From Felis catus (lineage: Eukaryota), in NCBI RefSeq assembly GCF_018350175.1, contig NC_058368.1, positions 146,756,001-146,820,000 on the forward strand: a stretch of DNA of 64,000 nucleotides. Reading direction: 5' to 3'. Within the stretch, counting starts at the first letter, position 1, and the number at the start of each line of letters is the position of its first letter. The notes beneath the pieces are model-generated. The model was not told where the DNA came from and searched no databases. It saw only the letters and a list, made by a program, of their open reading frames with translations. Shown here piece by piece: positions 12,430 through 25,666 of the stretch. The position numbers and the translations under genes are program-made.

Positions 12430-13530
12430 GCTGCTGCCAGGACTAATCCACAGAAGTGGACTGTAAAATGAAATGCTGGACTTGAATCCTTCCTGGGCTG
12501 CTGGCTGGCAGTTAAAACCCAACCTCCACTTACAGGTAGAATTTGTAGAGCCCCTGGCTTATTATGGTGTTGCAATTGGGAAGACTTTCACTGGTGTTGA
12601 ATTATGGATTTTGGCGAAGGAAATGCACTTGTGGGTGCAATATCTTGAAAGTCCCAGAGATTCGGGGAGAAACGATAATTATAAGGGCTGTGGAATGGGA
12701 TCACTGTTGCTACTGGCCACTGATACATTAGAGAAAGACAAAGAAAAGCTGAGGGTGATTAATCACCACTTATTGGCAAAGTGTGAGTCAGAAGGTGTTT
12801 TTGGAAGCATGAAGGATTGGGCTCAGGACTTAATTAGAAGAGTAGCAAAGCTGCAGAGAAGGAATGTGGAAATCCCACCCCTACCAAGTCTGTATGTCAA
12901 GGTCTGGCCTGCCAGAGGGAAAGTATCGGACCCTGAGACTTGTATTTGGTTCACTGAAGTACCTTAAATCTCTGAACCCTCTGAGCCTGTGGAAGTGACC
13001 CACCCCTCCCCGTAAGAGGCTAGTGCTCTGACCTTGTTTTGGAGATGACACACAGGGGTCTGCCTCGGAAGATAACAAGCACCTCATTTAGGATATAACC
13101 CCACCTCTGCTAGTGAAAACCAGATCAATTGCTAGAGTTGAGTCACAACATAACCTGGTCAGAAAGTGCCAGGCCAAAGAAGGCAGGAAAGACACTGTAC
13201 TTTGAAGAAGCTATAGGACTTAGCCAACACATACCACCAGGAGTCGGGAGACCATGGATTGGACCAGATTCTGAGGGTGCTGGAGCACAGGAGTAGAATG
13301 TGAAGTTGGACAAGTGGAGTTTTTCAGTATGTGACAGAGGAAGTAACACTCTGACACGGACCTGGGGGATGGTGCCAACACGTTCTGAACACAGCTCTTA
13401 AAAGCTTGGAAGAAGTAATGGCCCACACTGAGTAAAGGAGAACTGTGACAACGGCTGAGACCAATAGTGGAAAAGACGAGATACAGGCTAGAGGTGAGTG
13501 TGCTCTGTGGATATATCACATAAGAGCAGA
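12430..13530 (+). mobile_element. ERVL (HERV16/ERV3-16A3-like) internal region with decayed gag, copy B
   Basis: ORF 12473-12967 contains GSLLLLATDTLEKDKEKLRVIN, WAQDLIRRVAKLQRR and YVKV...GKVSDPETCIW. 13200-13330 resembles the gag segment YT.KEL.DLAN.Y.QE.GE...ILRVL...GRN.KLD. Confidence 0.8.
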
Positions 13531-15388
13531 AAACACTGGCTTAGTTGAATTTGTGAAGAAAAGCAAAACAAAACTTGTGCTGTATTCTTTGAATTCCAGG
13601 GTAGAGGTCATTTGCAGTCCATAATTATGCATTACATTCTGGGTTGTCCCTATTAGCATATGGCTCACAGGCTGTTTTTGTTGGTGGTGGCTTGTTCACC
13701 ATGTGTGTCCTGAGAAAGAGAGTATGTTGGGGGCTGTGTGTTCCACCTCAGAGCCCATTCTGGGTAGCCCTCTTTGCTCTGGGAAGGGGCTTTCCCTTTT
13801 TCGCAAGGTGTAACGTGTCTCCTCTGTTCTGGATGGGATGGTTAGGGGGCTGGGAAGTCTTGGGGTGCAAACCATAGTGGATGGTTGATGGCTAGGCAGC
13901 GGGCTGAATGATGCAGATTGGTGGCATCAGTTCTGCCCAGACCAGAGCCTTCCTGTTTTTCTTCATCTGTGGTCTTCCATCATTTTTCTAATCCTGGGGA
14001 GCAACCTCTCTGCAAGCATCCATCTGAAGCTCTCAGCTACTATTTGGCCAGAGTGTTGTTGGAGAGTTGAGTATCTTAGCTTTCTTTTCAGGCTCTGCAT
14101 TGGTGACTCATGTCTGCCTCCGAGCACTCGGGTGAGAAAGCACTAGGGGGATGTAAGTGAACAAATTGAGTATTTCAGCAGAAAGATGCAAACTGATACT
14201 TCAAAATCTTATTGCACCATTTCATGAAACTCTTGATTGTTTGTGGTATGTGAGGTAACAGAAAATAGTTTGAGAACTGCTGAAATACATAACATTGTCA
14301 GACTGGACCAATCAGGAAACATTTCAGTTAAGTTGGAAAAATTGGTCTGCTCTTAAAATTTGTGGACTTTTGTAAGTTCCACTGGGACAAGTTACATACA
14401 CTTCCACTCATGTATTTACCAAGCTGAGGAATACCTGCAGACTTGGAAATTTATCTTATGACCCTAATTTCTTCTCCTATTTACCAAGACTAACTCACAT
14501 TAAATCACCCAACAAAACTTGAACAAGCATCAATAACATTTTCCCCCTTACACAATTTCATTTTCATTAAAGGCTACATCAAGAGGAGAAACTCAATTAT
14601 TTCAAGATAAAAAGTTAGGTTAGGTGGAACTCTGCATATTTGCCAGCCATCTGGTTCAGTCACAAACACCCCAGGGATCCTGACCATATTTGCAACTGAA
14701 AAGAATTTGAACTTGAATGACTTTTAAATTGGGACGTAAAATGTGGCAACCCAGACTATGCACAGATACTTAGCAAGGACTAATGAATAAATCTGTTGTG
14801 AGCGCTATGCTCCATGATGTTGTCTTTTCTTCAGAGAGAACTAGAAGGATGCAAACATTTGTGAATAATTGAATGAAAAATTCTTTCCCTGAAATTAAAC
14901 CATACCTGTAAAATACATTGTAAATCAATCTACTAACTACCTATACTGCATTTACCTCCTCTAAGGTCTTGACCAACACAGGCTGAGACAAGAGATGTCT
15001 CAGGATTATCACTTAATGATATCTCAAATTTTTCATGCAATGTCTTTGACAGTAAACAATTTTGAGACCATTGATTCTAATTTTAAGTCCCAGAGAGAGG
15101 ATCTTTAGTCAATGAAAAAAAGCTTCACTTGCTTTTAGGATTTGCTAAAGCAGGAAAAAATATTTTCAGTTCAAGTGTCACTTGTTTCTTATTTTAAGAA
15201 ACTCCAGCCAGGTCAGACCATGAGAAAATTTTTCAGAGCACATGGTTGATACAAATTTGACATTGTATTTGGCTTCACAATTCAATACATGTTGGTAAAA
15301 ACGTATTTATTAAGAATTTTCGTGATCTTTTTTTGAAAAATATATTGCCAAAGCCAGATTCATTGGGTCTATTAGAAATATGAGTATG

Positions 15389-15600
15389 GGGGCGCCTGGG
15401 TGGCGCAGTCGGTTAAGCGTCCGACTTCAGCCAGGTCACGATCTCGCGGTCCGTGAGTTCGAGCCCCGCGTCTGGCTCTGGGCTGATGGCTCAGAGCCTG
15501 GAGCCTGTTTCCGATTCTGTGTCTCCCTCTCTCTCTGCCCCTCCCCCGTTCATACTCTGTCTCTCTCTGTCCCCAAAATAAATAAACGTTGAAAAAAAAA
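15389..15600 (+). mobile_element. Young SINEC_Fc
   Basis: CpGs intact; perfect 18-bp TSD ATTAGAAATATGAGTATG at 15371-15388 and 15601-15618. Confidence 0.96.
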
Positions 15601-16243
15601 ATTAGAAATATGAGTATGACTTGCAAGTTTCACATTTTGACCTTTGGGCAAAAACTGTTTAGGTCTTAAGCTGATCATTGCCAGATTGGAGAAGGAATAA
15701 CTTGCTTTGTACACAGCTTGGCATATAGTAGACTGAAGGGTAATCATTTTAAGCTTTAAGGCTTGGACCTTGGGAAAAAATTGCTACTTGATGTACTGTG
15801 CCTGCAAAGGAAATCACAAATGATGATGATGGTGGTGATGATATTGGCGATGAAAATAGCATTAATTGAACAGTTGGTAGTGCTAGGCATTTTTAGAGGC
15901 GCTTACACATTAACTCATTTAATTAACAAATAATCTTAACCGATGGGATAAATGCTGAGATGAGTTCATTTCTTTCATAATGGAAGGCACTCCTAAAAGG
16001 ACTGCCCAGATAAAAGATGAGGGTTGGGTAAAATATCCAGCGGCTTCCTGGAGACAGTCAACCTTGACGGAGCCACAGAGAGGTGGCCGGTTGAGGGAGG
16101 AGCACTCCCATCCAGCTCTGGTGGACATTAAGGCAGGAGATTCGTTGTGGTCATTTAGCAGATGGAACAGCTCCACTGGGGAACATTACAGTTCCTTTAA
16201 TCCCCCTTCTACTCAGATCATCCACCTTGCAATAAAAAAGGCA

Positions 16244-16456
16244 GGCATTTCTTTAGAAAGGAACTACTGCCTACCTTAGGGATGTAGGGAAATGTGTGGT
16301 GTGCTTTGAGTTGTTGCAATGATTGGAAAGGGGTAATCCCTGGCATTGAGTGCCTCAAAGAGTGGGGGGTGTTAAGTGTCCTGAGAGGTGAGATAATCCC
16401 ATACAGTAAAGAATTACTTTATCTAAAATGCCCATGGCCCTTCTTGAGAAATGCTG
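16244..16456 (+). mobile_element. MER20-like hAT-Charlie MITE
   Basis: CTGGCATTGAGTG...AAAGAATTA...AAAATG...TTGAGAAATGCTG resembles MER20. Confidence 0.55.
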
Positions 16457-18289
16457 GAGGTAATTCAGGTCCTTGTGGCTTTACAGTGGCAAAACTGGCA
16501 TAGAGGATGATGCGTTGGGGGGTGGGGGAGTTTGTAGAATTAAATGTTGAATGTTTTTCCAGGTTTTTGGGAAATTGTTAGGCTCCAATGACAATGCACT
16601 AAAATTGTGGCATGTCACTTTGTTAAATAATTTTTGAATAATATATCTTTGCTGTGAAAACTTTAGAAGTAGTTTTACTAGGCATGTGAACTGACTGATT
16701 GCAGCTAGTTGAGATCATAAAGACAACAGACTTTATTAAATCGACATTTTTGTTACTTGCATAGAAGTGAAGAACTCTCATAGCCTCAGATCAATACTGT
16801 ATGCTTGTAAATTTTGGAGTTTTTTGAAGGTTTCTATATGTGAAGAGATAGATAGAGGTAAGCTTTAATTATATTTTCATTGTTTTATTTATCTCTGTAT
16901 TATTTCAAATAGATTGGAGGGAGTTTATTTACATTACACATCAAAACTGACTTGTGCAGTAAAGCTTTACCTTGTGAGATGAGGGTATTTCTGCAGAACA
17001 ATTGTTACCTGATAGCTTTCCTCCATGGACTCTTAAAACATAGGCAGCAGTTTCTGGATGCTGTGAAGCTATATGCTGGCTCAATGTTTCTGTTTCCAAA
17101 GTCCATCCTGAACAGTGTTGTTCCGCCAAACCCTCCAAACACCGATGCCTGGGATTTCCTCCACTGAGCCTTTAATACGGAGTCACCTCTCAATGAATGT
17201 CATACTTTGGTGGTTTCCTGTATCTTTTTGGTGGCAACTAACTGTTGTCATATGGTTAGTGCAACTTTCTAATTAACGTTTACTATTTTTAATCCATCCA
17301 AGTAATTGGTTATCATTCTTTTCTTGGAAATTTAGTTATTCTTCCCAGTGGAGAGGATATAAAATAGAAGTTTATTCTTTCTTTCTTTTTCATATAGGAA
17401 GTATTCTGATAGGAAGTCTTCATGTCTTTAGCCATTAATCTTTCCTTTGTTTTGTCTAAAGCTAGGGATGAAGGGGCAGGCCTTTATCCCCTCTGCCAGG
17501 GTCAGATGGTTGGCCTCTGTGCTCTGCAGAAGCCATAGAATTAAGGAGGCTGAAGGGTGGCTAACGGAATTTCAAGCTATGCATTGTTCGTGTCTTACAT
17601 TTGCCTTGGAGTATGTTGTAGCAGATTCAAGTAGCTGTACCAGAGCCATAGGCAAATTAGGAAATCACTTAATAGATTTATTAATGACATAGTTTATATG
17701 TTTTATACTTTGTAGAATTGATTAATCAATTAAGTGTTTAAATAAAATCTATAATTTAATTTTATTAAAAATTATGACCTATTGACATATACAATGGAAA
17801 ATACGATACTATAAGGCAAAATTTAACAGTGATTTTGTTTTCTCCCTCTGGGTATTTGGATGAGTGATCTTCATTGTTTGGATGCTTATCTGTATTTTGT
17901 GGAATTTTTACTATCAGTATATATTAGTTTATGATAAAGACATTAATTATCAATTTACACCTAATACTAGCCTTTGAGGTGAACTATTATTAAAACAGCA
18001 TTATAATTGTCCTTGCTTTTGGAAGCTTATAATGTAGCATATTGTCCAAGAGTTATGCAAATAAAAATTTAAATAATTATATATTAAAAATTTCCAAAGT
18101 AACAAAATGAACAATAAAGATATTTCATGGTAGTATGTAATGATGGGTGATAAATAACTTTATGCCTCTAGATAATCTCATTTAATTATGAGAAAAAAGA
18201 AGTTGTAATGCTGGTATTGTGACCTTTTTTCTGAGATGAGGAAACTGAGACCTGTTTTTCTATTTGATTTGTGAGTCTGTGTATAAATT

Positions 18290-18800
18290 CTAATATAATA
18301 CCTAATACTTACAGAGTGCTTACAATGTGCCAGGAGCTGTTTCATCATTTTCCATGAGGTTATGTATGATACAGTGGTTAAGAGGGTGACTCTTTGGACC
18401 ATCTGCTTGATTTACATCTTTTTTTTGCTAGTTCTAAGAAACTCTGTGACTTTGTGCAAGTCATTTAACCTCTCTGGACCTCCATTTTCTCTTTGTAAAA
18501 ATGTAGGTAATAATACATGTATCATTGTAGGGTTAAGTGAATTAAACAGATTGTATATGTAAAATACTTTCAATATAGTGTGGTATATTTTCTTAGCCAT
18601 TACCAAAATATATTCCCTCAATCAAATTCTATAACCCTATGAGGGAGGCATTTATGAGATCATTAATATTAACATTAATATCTGTACTTTTAGATGGGGG
18701 AAATCAACGCCAAGATGATTTTCCGAGGAACAGTAGTGGCAGAGCTAGATTTGAACTGAGGGACCCTGGCTCTAGTGTCTGTGCTTTTAACCACTGTATT
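18290..18800. mobile_element. Cluster of MIR fragments in both orientations
   Basis: TGTGACTTTGTGCAAGTCATTTAACCTCTCTGGACCTCCATTTTCTCTTTGTAAAA (+) and TTTTAGATGGGGGAAATC...GGCAGAGCTAGATTTGAAC (-). Confidence 0.7.
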
Positions 18801-19621
18801 GAACTCTGTCTTCAAATTATAAGTAGCCCAATATGTTTCATTTGATAAGTGAATTAGTGGTAATGTGATAAGGAATGCATGCCATGTGCACCCTTAGAGT
18901 TTAAAAAAGTAAACAGTTGTCTCTGGTACTTTATCAAATAACTGAATTATCAAGTAATTGAACCTTATGTCCTTACTTAGGGCAGGGGTAGAATTCTTTA
19001 TCTTCTCTTCTCACTTTCCTATATCTTACTTATTCTCTGCCCCCTCCATCCCTGTACCCTCAATTCTCTTCTTTCTCTTACTGGCATTGTGTTGTCTTTT
19101 TTCTTTCCTTTTGTTTTGTTTTGTTTTCTTTCTTTTTTTGTCTAAGTGTCCATGTTTGTAAAGTAAAGCTCACAGTGGGCTTAGATCTTTTTTTTTTTTT
19201 TTCTTCCTGAGATACAACTGAAATCTCAGAGGCTGTCAACTTCAGGGTAGAGTTTGAATTCTTGTCCCCAAAATATTCTACACAGTTATTGTTATAGCCC
19301 AGTACTTTAAATAGGATAGAGTTTGATTTCAGGATGACATATAAATGGCTTCAATTAGTTTTTATAGAAGGAGTGACAATAATAGGGCAGGCAGGCAGAC
19401 AGATAAATAGCTTACTAGATACACATTTGCTGATGTAATTGGAATTAACACTGGAAGACAAAGAGCAAATCTAATGAATAAAATATTTATATTTGAAGAA
19501 TATTCTAAGTTCAATAAATTCAACTGAATTATACTAGTTTAAAAATTTTTAATTGCGAGTTATAAATATCAATTGAACCACATGTCACTTGAATGGCTTA
19601 GTTTCTTAATCAGTTAAGACT

Positions 19622-20030
19622 GGTAGTTCTCAACCATGGTTGCATATTAGAATTGACTGTGGTTTGGGGGAGGGGGGAGTGGTTTAAAAATTCCCAAAGT
19701 CCAGGGACACCTAGGTGGCTCAGTAGATTATCTGATTTCTGCCCAGGTCATGATCTCATGGTTCTTGAGTTTGAGCCCCACATCTGGCTCTACTCTGACA
19801 GTAAGGAGCCTACTTGGGATTCTATGTCTCCCTCTCTCTTTGCCCCTCCCCAACTCACACTCTTTCTCTCTGTCTCTAAAAAATAAATAAAAATAAAACA
19901 TTAAAAAACTTAAAAATAAAAATTCCCAAAGTCCAGACCGCACCCTTCACCATAATCTGTTGGGGAAAGATGCAGATCTTAGTGTTTTTCTAAAGTTCCC
20001 TAGGTAATTGCAATATGTGAATACAACTGC
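19622..20030 (+). mobile_element. MER5A-like element interrupted by a SINE
   Basis: GTAGTTCTCAACCATGGTTGCATATTAGAAT ... TTTTTCTAAAGTTCCCTAGGTAATTGCAATATG. Confidence 0.65.
19705..19917 (+). mobile_element. Can-SINE
   Basis: TSD AAAAATTCCCAAAGTCCAG at 19686-19704 and 19918-19936. Confidence 0.92.
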
Positions 20031-20385
20031 TTTAACATATTACTAAGTTTTCATGTACATTGAACTTAAAGGTTGGCTTTTAAAAACATTATTCCTATTA
20101 AAACAACAGAATTTGCTTCTCAGCCACTTGAAATTTGACTCTCCTCACAGGAATAAGTACCTTCCAATGGAGTAAGGACTTAATTCATCTTTTCTCTGGG
20201 CTCACAGCAATCATTATACACAAATGTGCTTATTTATCAAAATAGTAAAAGACTCATTCTGCAAGCTCCATTTTAGATTCACATGCAAGATTCTCAGCAT
20301 CTTCAAAGAAGAGCCATTCAAAGACTCGAAAACCTCAAACTCACTTGATTTTTATCTTTTTCTGCACTCTTGCTCTCTCGCTTGT

Positions 20386-20556
20386 GCTCTCTCTCTCTGT
20401 CTATATCTATATCTGTATCTATATCTATATCTATATCTATATACACATATATATATATGTGTGTGTATATATATCTATATATACATATATGTGTGTGTGT
20501 GTGTGTGTGTACACACACACACACATATATATATATATGTGTATATAGATATATAG
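20386..20556. repeat. Compound microsatellite (CT)n-(CTATAT)n-(AT)n-(GT)n-(AC)n
   Basis: Directly visible. Confidence 0.97.
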
Positions 20557-22299
20557 GTTTTGGTAGGTAGAATTTTCATTGACCAAAATCAAAAGGAGAA
20601 AAATTTTAAAACAAACAAATTTTAAAAACCCAGATATTTCAAGCAGGATGAAGAACTGGCAATGGGGCCCTTTCCTTAGAAAGAAAAATATGAGAAGAAA
20701 ACATTCTTAGAATTCCTTGTCATCCAAGAATCTTGCATTTGTTGTTAAAGCCACTAGCTTTTCATTGTTAGGTAAATGAAGAATCTGAGCTTTTTCCTAC
20801 ACCTTGGGAATACTCCCCTAGATAAATAGAGCTCAGCCTATAGTCAGATAACAACTAAATAAAGAGCCATCTTTTAATAGCTGAAGCATGTGATACTGAA
20901 CAGCCCCAGTGGACAGAGATAAACGGAGAAGGAAAATTGGTTGATTTCAAGAAAGACATGGAATCACCTTCTGGGCTGACCCAAGTTGTTTAAGATGATG
21001 AGTGGCTATGGAGGTGACAAAATTTATTGGCCTGGAAGAAATATAGAGAAAATAAATAAGCTTTGTTAGCTTCTTTAGTGAAAAAAAAACTGTGTGCAGT
21101 GAATTTCCTCCCTAAGATTGGTGTGCATAGCCTGATGTCAGTTTCCTAAATATATCACCTTATAGAGAAGCAAAGACTCCGGAGCCATCTTAAGCTGTGT
21201 CTCTAAGCAATTCTAAATAGAAAGCCCAAGAAATTGAGACAGGAAAGGAAATATCCTTTTCTTACACTTTTGGTATCAGTTTCTTCTCAGTGCATCCATA
21301 GCTCCCTCATACTACCCCATAATCTTTTACTATTTTTAGTCTCCTTACATATCTGACCATAGTAGACAGGGTCCCTTTTACTTCAGAATAGTCTCAGTAT
21401 GAGGTGTTAACACTTGGTAGGGGACTAAGGACATCACATGTGAACAGTTTAACTTGTTTTTAATGTAAGTACTATGGAATTCCATGGGACCCTTCGATGC
21501 TAGTACCAACCAGGCTTTGTGTTTGACCGGGCAGTAGTCATACATGAAATTTGCTGGCAAAGTTGAAGATGATATCCTTCATCTCTGCCAGAAGTTAAAC
21601 ACTTAAAGATTATGTAATTTGATATTTACCCTTGAACTTTCTTTTCCAAGGTTGTTCATTGTATTCCACATAAATAGGGGTAAAATGTTAAAGGGCTCTT
21701 TTCTATTTGAATGTCAATGCCTCAAACTATTTTGGGTGTGTTTGAATTCAAGTCATTCATTGTACCAGCAACAGCCTCTGTATCCAAGAATCTATTTCTA
21801 TATACTAGCACTCTCCAGAAACTATTTTCCATGTTGAAAATTCAGGGAAGGGATGGAAACCTCGAAAAGTACATTCCTTGTTGCTAGAGTATAGAAACTT
21901 TACTATGAAAATAAAGGTGTTTCTTTTAATTCAGTACTAATAATTGAAGTCATAAAGTGTCTCAAGTACATTAATTTAATCAGTACCACAGATTTCTGCG
22001 ATTGCTAACCTGGTGAAGAAAATAAATTAAAATATTTGAGTTATATAAAAATATTTTTTAAAAAGCCAATAGATTTGGGGACATACTATTGCTGATTTAT
22101 CATTATCATAGATATGTACCTTCCCCCCCCCCCCTTAGCTTTGCAAAAATAATAGGAAATGGAAAATGTTATGTGTTTACAATTTGAACTGAAATGTATG
22201 AAAACAAGAATGGGTTAAATGCCTTTTCTTGAAATGATGTAACTTACAGAGTTTCACTGAAGAATAATAGCTAAGATTCTACAACTCAGAAGAATCAAA

Positions 22300-25200
22300 A
22301 GATACTGCAGTAACACAAAATTGACTTTTAATGTTTGTTTACCAGTTCATTGTATCTTACAGAAAATGAAAACATTTTTTTTTTTTTTTTTTGGTAATAC
22401 AGATTGGTTTTTCTCCTCAGATTTGTACTCAGTAGGTATTAAATGCCTTTAAGTACTGATTGCTCTTTTAATCAGGTGGTTTAATGACTTTTGAATTTTG
22501 CATTTCTTTTGTTGTACATCGTTGCTGCTCTGGCAGTAGTGAGCTATGATACAGTTCACTTATCAACAAAAATATGTCAGTTATCCATTGATTGTTCTTG
22601 ATGCATTCTATGCTGAACACTGACAGGTCATTCCCTTTTAATCCTCCCCTCCTTAGTGGTCAGCTACTCCATGAGACCACCATATTCTTTGGAGCACTGA
22701 AATCAAGAAATCCAGTATGGCTGCCAGCAACCAAATCAGAATCTCTTTTGAGTCTACTTCTAATTGCCAAAATAATAAGCAACTATATTATTGCATACAA
22801 TAAAGCTTTAACAGGTACCGGCCCCCTTTCTATGACAGAAAGTTTAAATTTACAAATACCATATTTGACTAAAACTTACTGTGATAAAATATGGCAGCAG
22901 TCATTTAAAGATGGTTTCCAGTGTTAATGTGACTTATTTTCATTTCCATTCCTTCTTTTCATATGAATCATTTCTTTTGGTTTGTGTTTTCAAATGTAGG
23001 TATCTCAGTGGAATTTTCAAATCAACTTTGTCCTTTATATGGGCCACAAGTGTTAATTATGGACAAAATGATCAAAACAGGATTTCCTAACCCAGACTCC
23101 CATCTCATCCCTCTGATATTCTTGGAACCCTAGTCTGAGGAGTAATTTCTGAATTTGTCAGTGCTATACTGACTTTCTGTTGGGAATTGTATTTGGATAA
23201 CTTTTCTTTTTTAGAAATTCTTAATGAGATATCTTGGAGAATGAAGTAGGAAAATAGACATTGGTGGAAAACAGCAAAATAAGAACATTAAAAAAACCCT
23301 TACTCAGGTAGAAGTCCAAAGGGACAAGAGGATTCTGATCCTTTGAGGGAAGTCAGAAGATAAAAATTCTGCCCAGCAGTATTCATTCTGTTAAGGTTTT
23401 TTTTCTTTCTTTTTTTTTTTCTTTTTTTACAAGCATGGAAAAATGGTGTGCAATCAGTATAGATTTTATTTAGCTAACAGTCACTCCAGAGATTTTGATC
23501 AGCACCAATTCCAATACTAGTAAGTATTCAAAAGTTAAGAAACACTACTATGCTTAATATTATAAAGGTAGAGTTCTGCAGCAATAACTGAAAATAATAT
23601 ATCTGCCTCAACAGAAATTTGTTCCCACTTGGATTTCCAATAAAATTCTTGTAATGTGGGTCATAATCATTCAAGTATGGGCTTCCTCCAATAAGCTAAC
23701 CCCCATGTTGGAGGTGTTAAAGTTGTTATTTTGGAGATACCCCTCTTTAAATAATATATTCATCTTTTCCTAGACCATTCAGGTATTTTTAATTTTGAAG
23801 TTTGAGTTCTAGTTATATCAGCAGTGTGTTTGAGTTGAACTTCACAATCTCTTTGGATTTATATTTTTGTACAATTTGCATATCCAACCTAATGTAAAAA
23901 GTGCATGCATACATTGTCCTCTTTAAATATTAAAGCATCGGGAATTTCCCAGATCTACTTTGACAAAAGAAATGGCCTACTTTTATTTACAATATTTTGT
24001 CTAAATAATGTATGGATATAATTATGGTTTCATGGACTTCCGATTGTTCTATACCTTCCACATATGTAACTCTACATTTATATAGAGTGAATTTATTAGA
24101 ATTATTACAGAGCTTTAAATGCAACCACAATCAATTCAGGAAACAGGTTTATTTACTCATGTTCATGGGAGGAAAATCTACATAAAAACATTCATGAAAG
24201 CATACCAGCTATGTCATACTTGGATTATTATACTAAATCCCATTTATTAGAACTCATTGTGAAACAATGGGAAACCATGAAATGTAATTTGAATACAAAT
24301 ATTGGTCCCTGCGGGGTCTCAACAGTCATAAAAATATAGGAAAACAGAGCTTTATTTAATATTGGAGCTGCTAATGTCTAAAGTTGTTTTTCTGAAGCTG
24401 GTCTTACCCTTTCATTTACAGCCTTGAAGATTTTAGTGTAAACTCTTTCTTTGCTGAGAGCTTCCACATTTCATTTGAGCCTAATGACGACCAGCAAGGA
24501 AAGTGATATCATTGACCACATTTTCTATATGGAGGAAGGTTTAGAACCACGTGTTCACTTTTTTCCTCCCACACAGGCACCAGTTGGGCTTTCTAGTAAA
24601 CATACAAATAAGAATAGTAAGAATTTTGAATGTCGGGTCTGTATTTGTTTAGGCAAGTGTATAGTTATACATTATTTTGGTGATTTAAATTTTATTCATG
24701 TAAGGTAAATAAGGAAATATTAAATAGTTTAAAGTTATTTTTATAGGACAATAATATTTCATAGGCTAACATAAAATCAAGCTGCTAAATTTTACAGTTT
24801 TTCTGTCCAGCAGTTTATCTATATAACTGCCCTGAGTAGATGCTAATGCTGCTTAGCAAACGGCCCTTAGAATTTAAATATAATTCAGTAAAGCTACTCA
24901 AAAGATAGAACAATTCTTCTCAGGCATGTGTAATTTTAATTAAAAGAAGATAGGAGTCTTTCACTGGTTAAATATTATCTGCTTATTTACGTTTCGTACT
25001 TCATATAAATGGGGTTATTAAGGAGTTTTAACTGTGCTTGTTAATATGCATTGGAGTCCATATGAATTTTTTTAAATTTTTATTTCTTGGTCAAAAGGCA
25101 GGATTTTTAAGAGTAAAACATTGCGTCTATTGCAGACTTGAAATAATACCTTTTAGAAAAGTGTAGATTGTCCCATGTGTAACTGAGTTTTGTGCAATCT

Positions 25201-25666
25201 CTCAGAATCTCAGTTTATGTAAAGAAGCCTGTATTTCAAATCTGTTGCTCTAATTTGCTGATTGTAGTACATTTCAAAATTGTACAAATGTGTAAAATTT
25301 GTGCTTGTGGGAGCTGCTGCTCTGAGTAGCCGTGCTTCCCTTAATTTAATCCTAGCAATTCTCAAGCTATCGCGTGCCCCATTCATGAAAGGATACTTCG
25401 CTGGGATGATGTAGCCGAAACAGTTTGGCTCTAAAGCCTCCTTGTGTAGCGCTTCCCTTAAAATTATATTAATTTATAATATATACTGAGTGATAGCTTT
25501 ACAAAACAAACAAATTGATGAATTGGTCTTTATGAAAATGACTCTTTACAGTAAGTAAAAAAGGGTTATCACAGTTTTGGTAAAACTTGCATGAGTTCGT
25601 ATTGAAAAAAAAACACCTTTCACATGTTCTCAATGACCTTGACACTGGCGTGCTCTAGGGGCACCC
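22300..25666 (-). other. HAPLN1: HAPLN1 3' UTR (distal end approximate)
   Basis: AU-rich, SINE-free stretch after the stop codon. Minus-strand AATAAA at about 25079, 24691, 24351, 24148, 23982 and 23465; ATTAAA at 22327-22332 followed by U/GU-rich sequence. Confidence 0.6.

Noticed and set aside
20224..20570. Low-complexity ORFs (YLYL, CVCV, HTHT)
   Set aside because: Products of the microsatellite.
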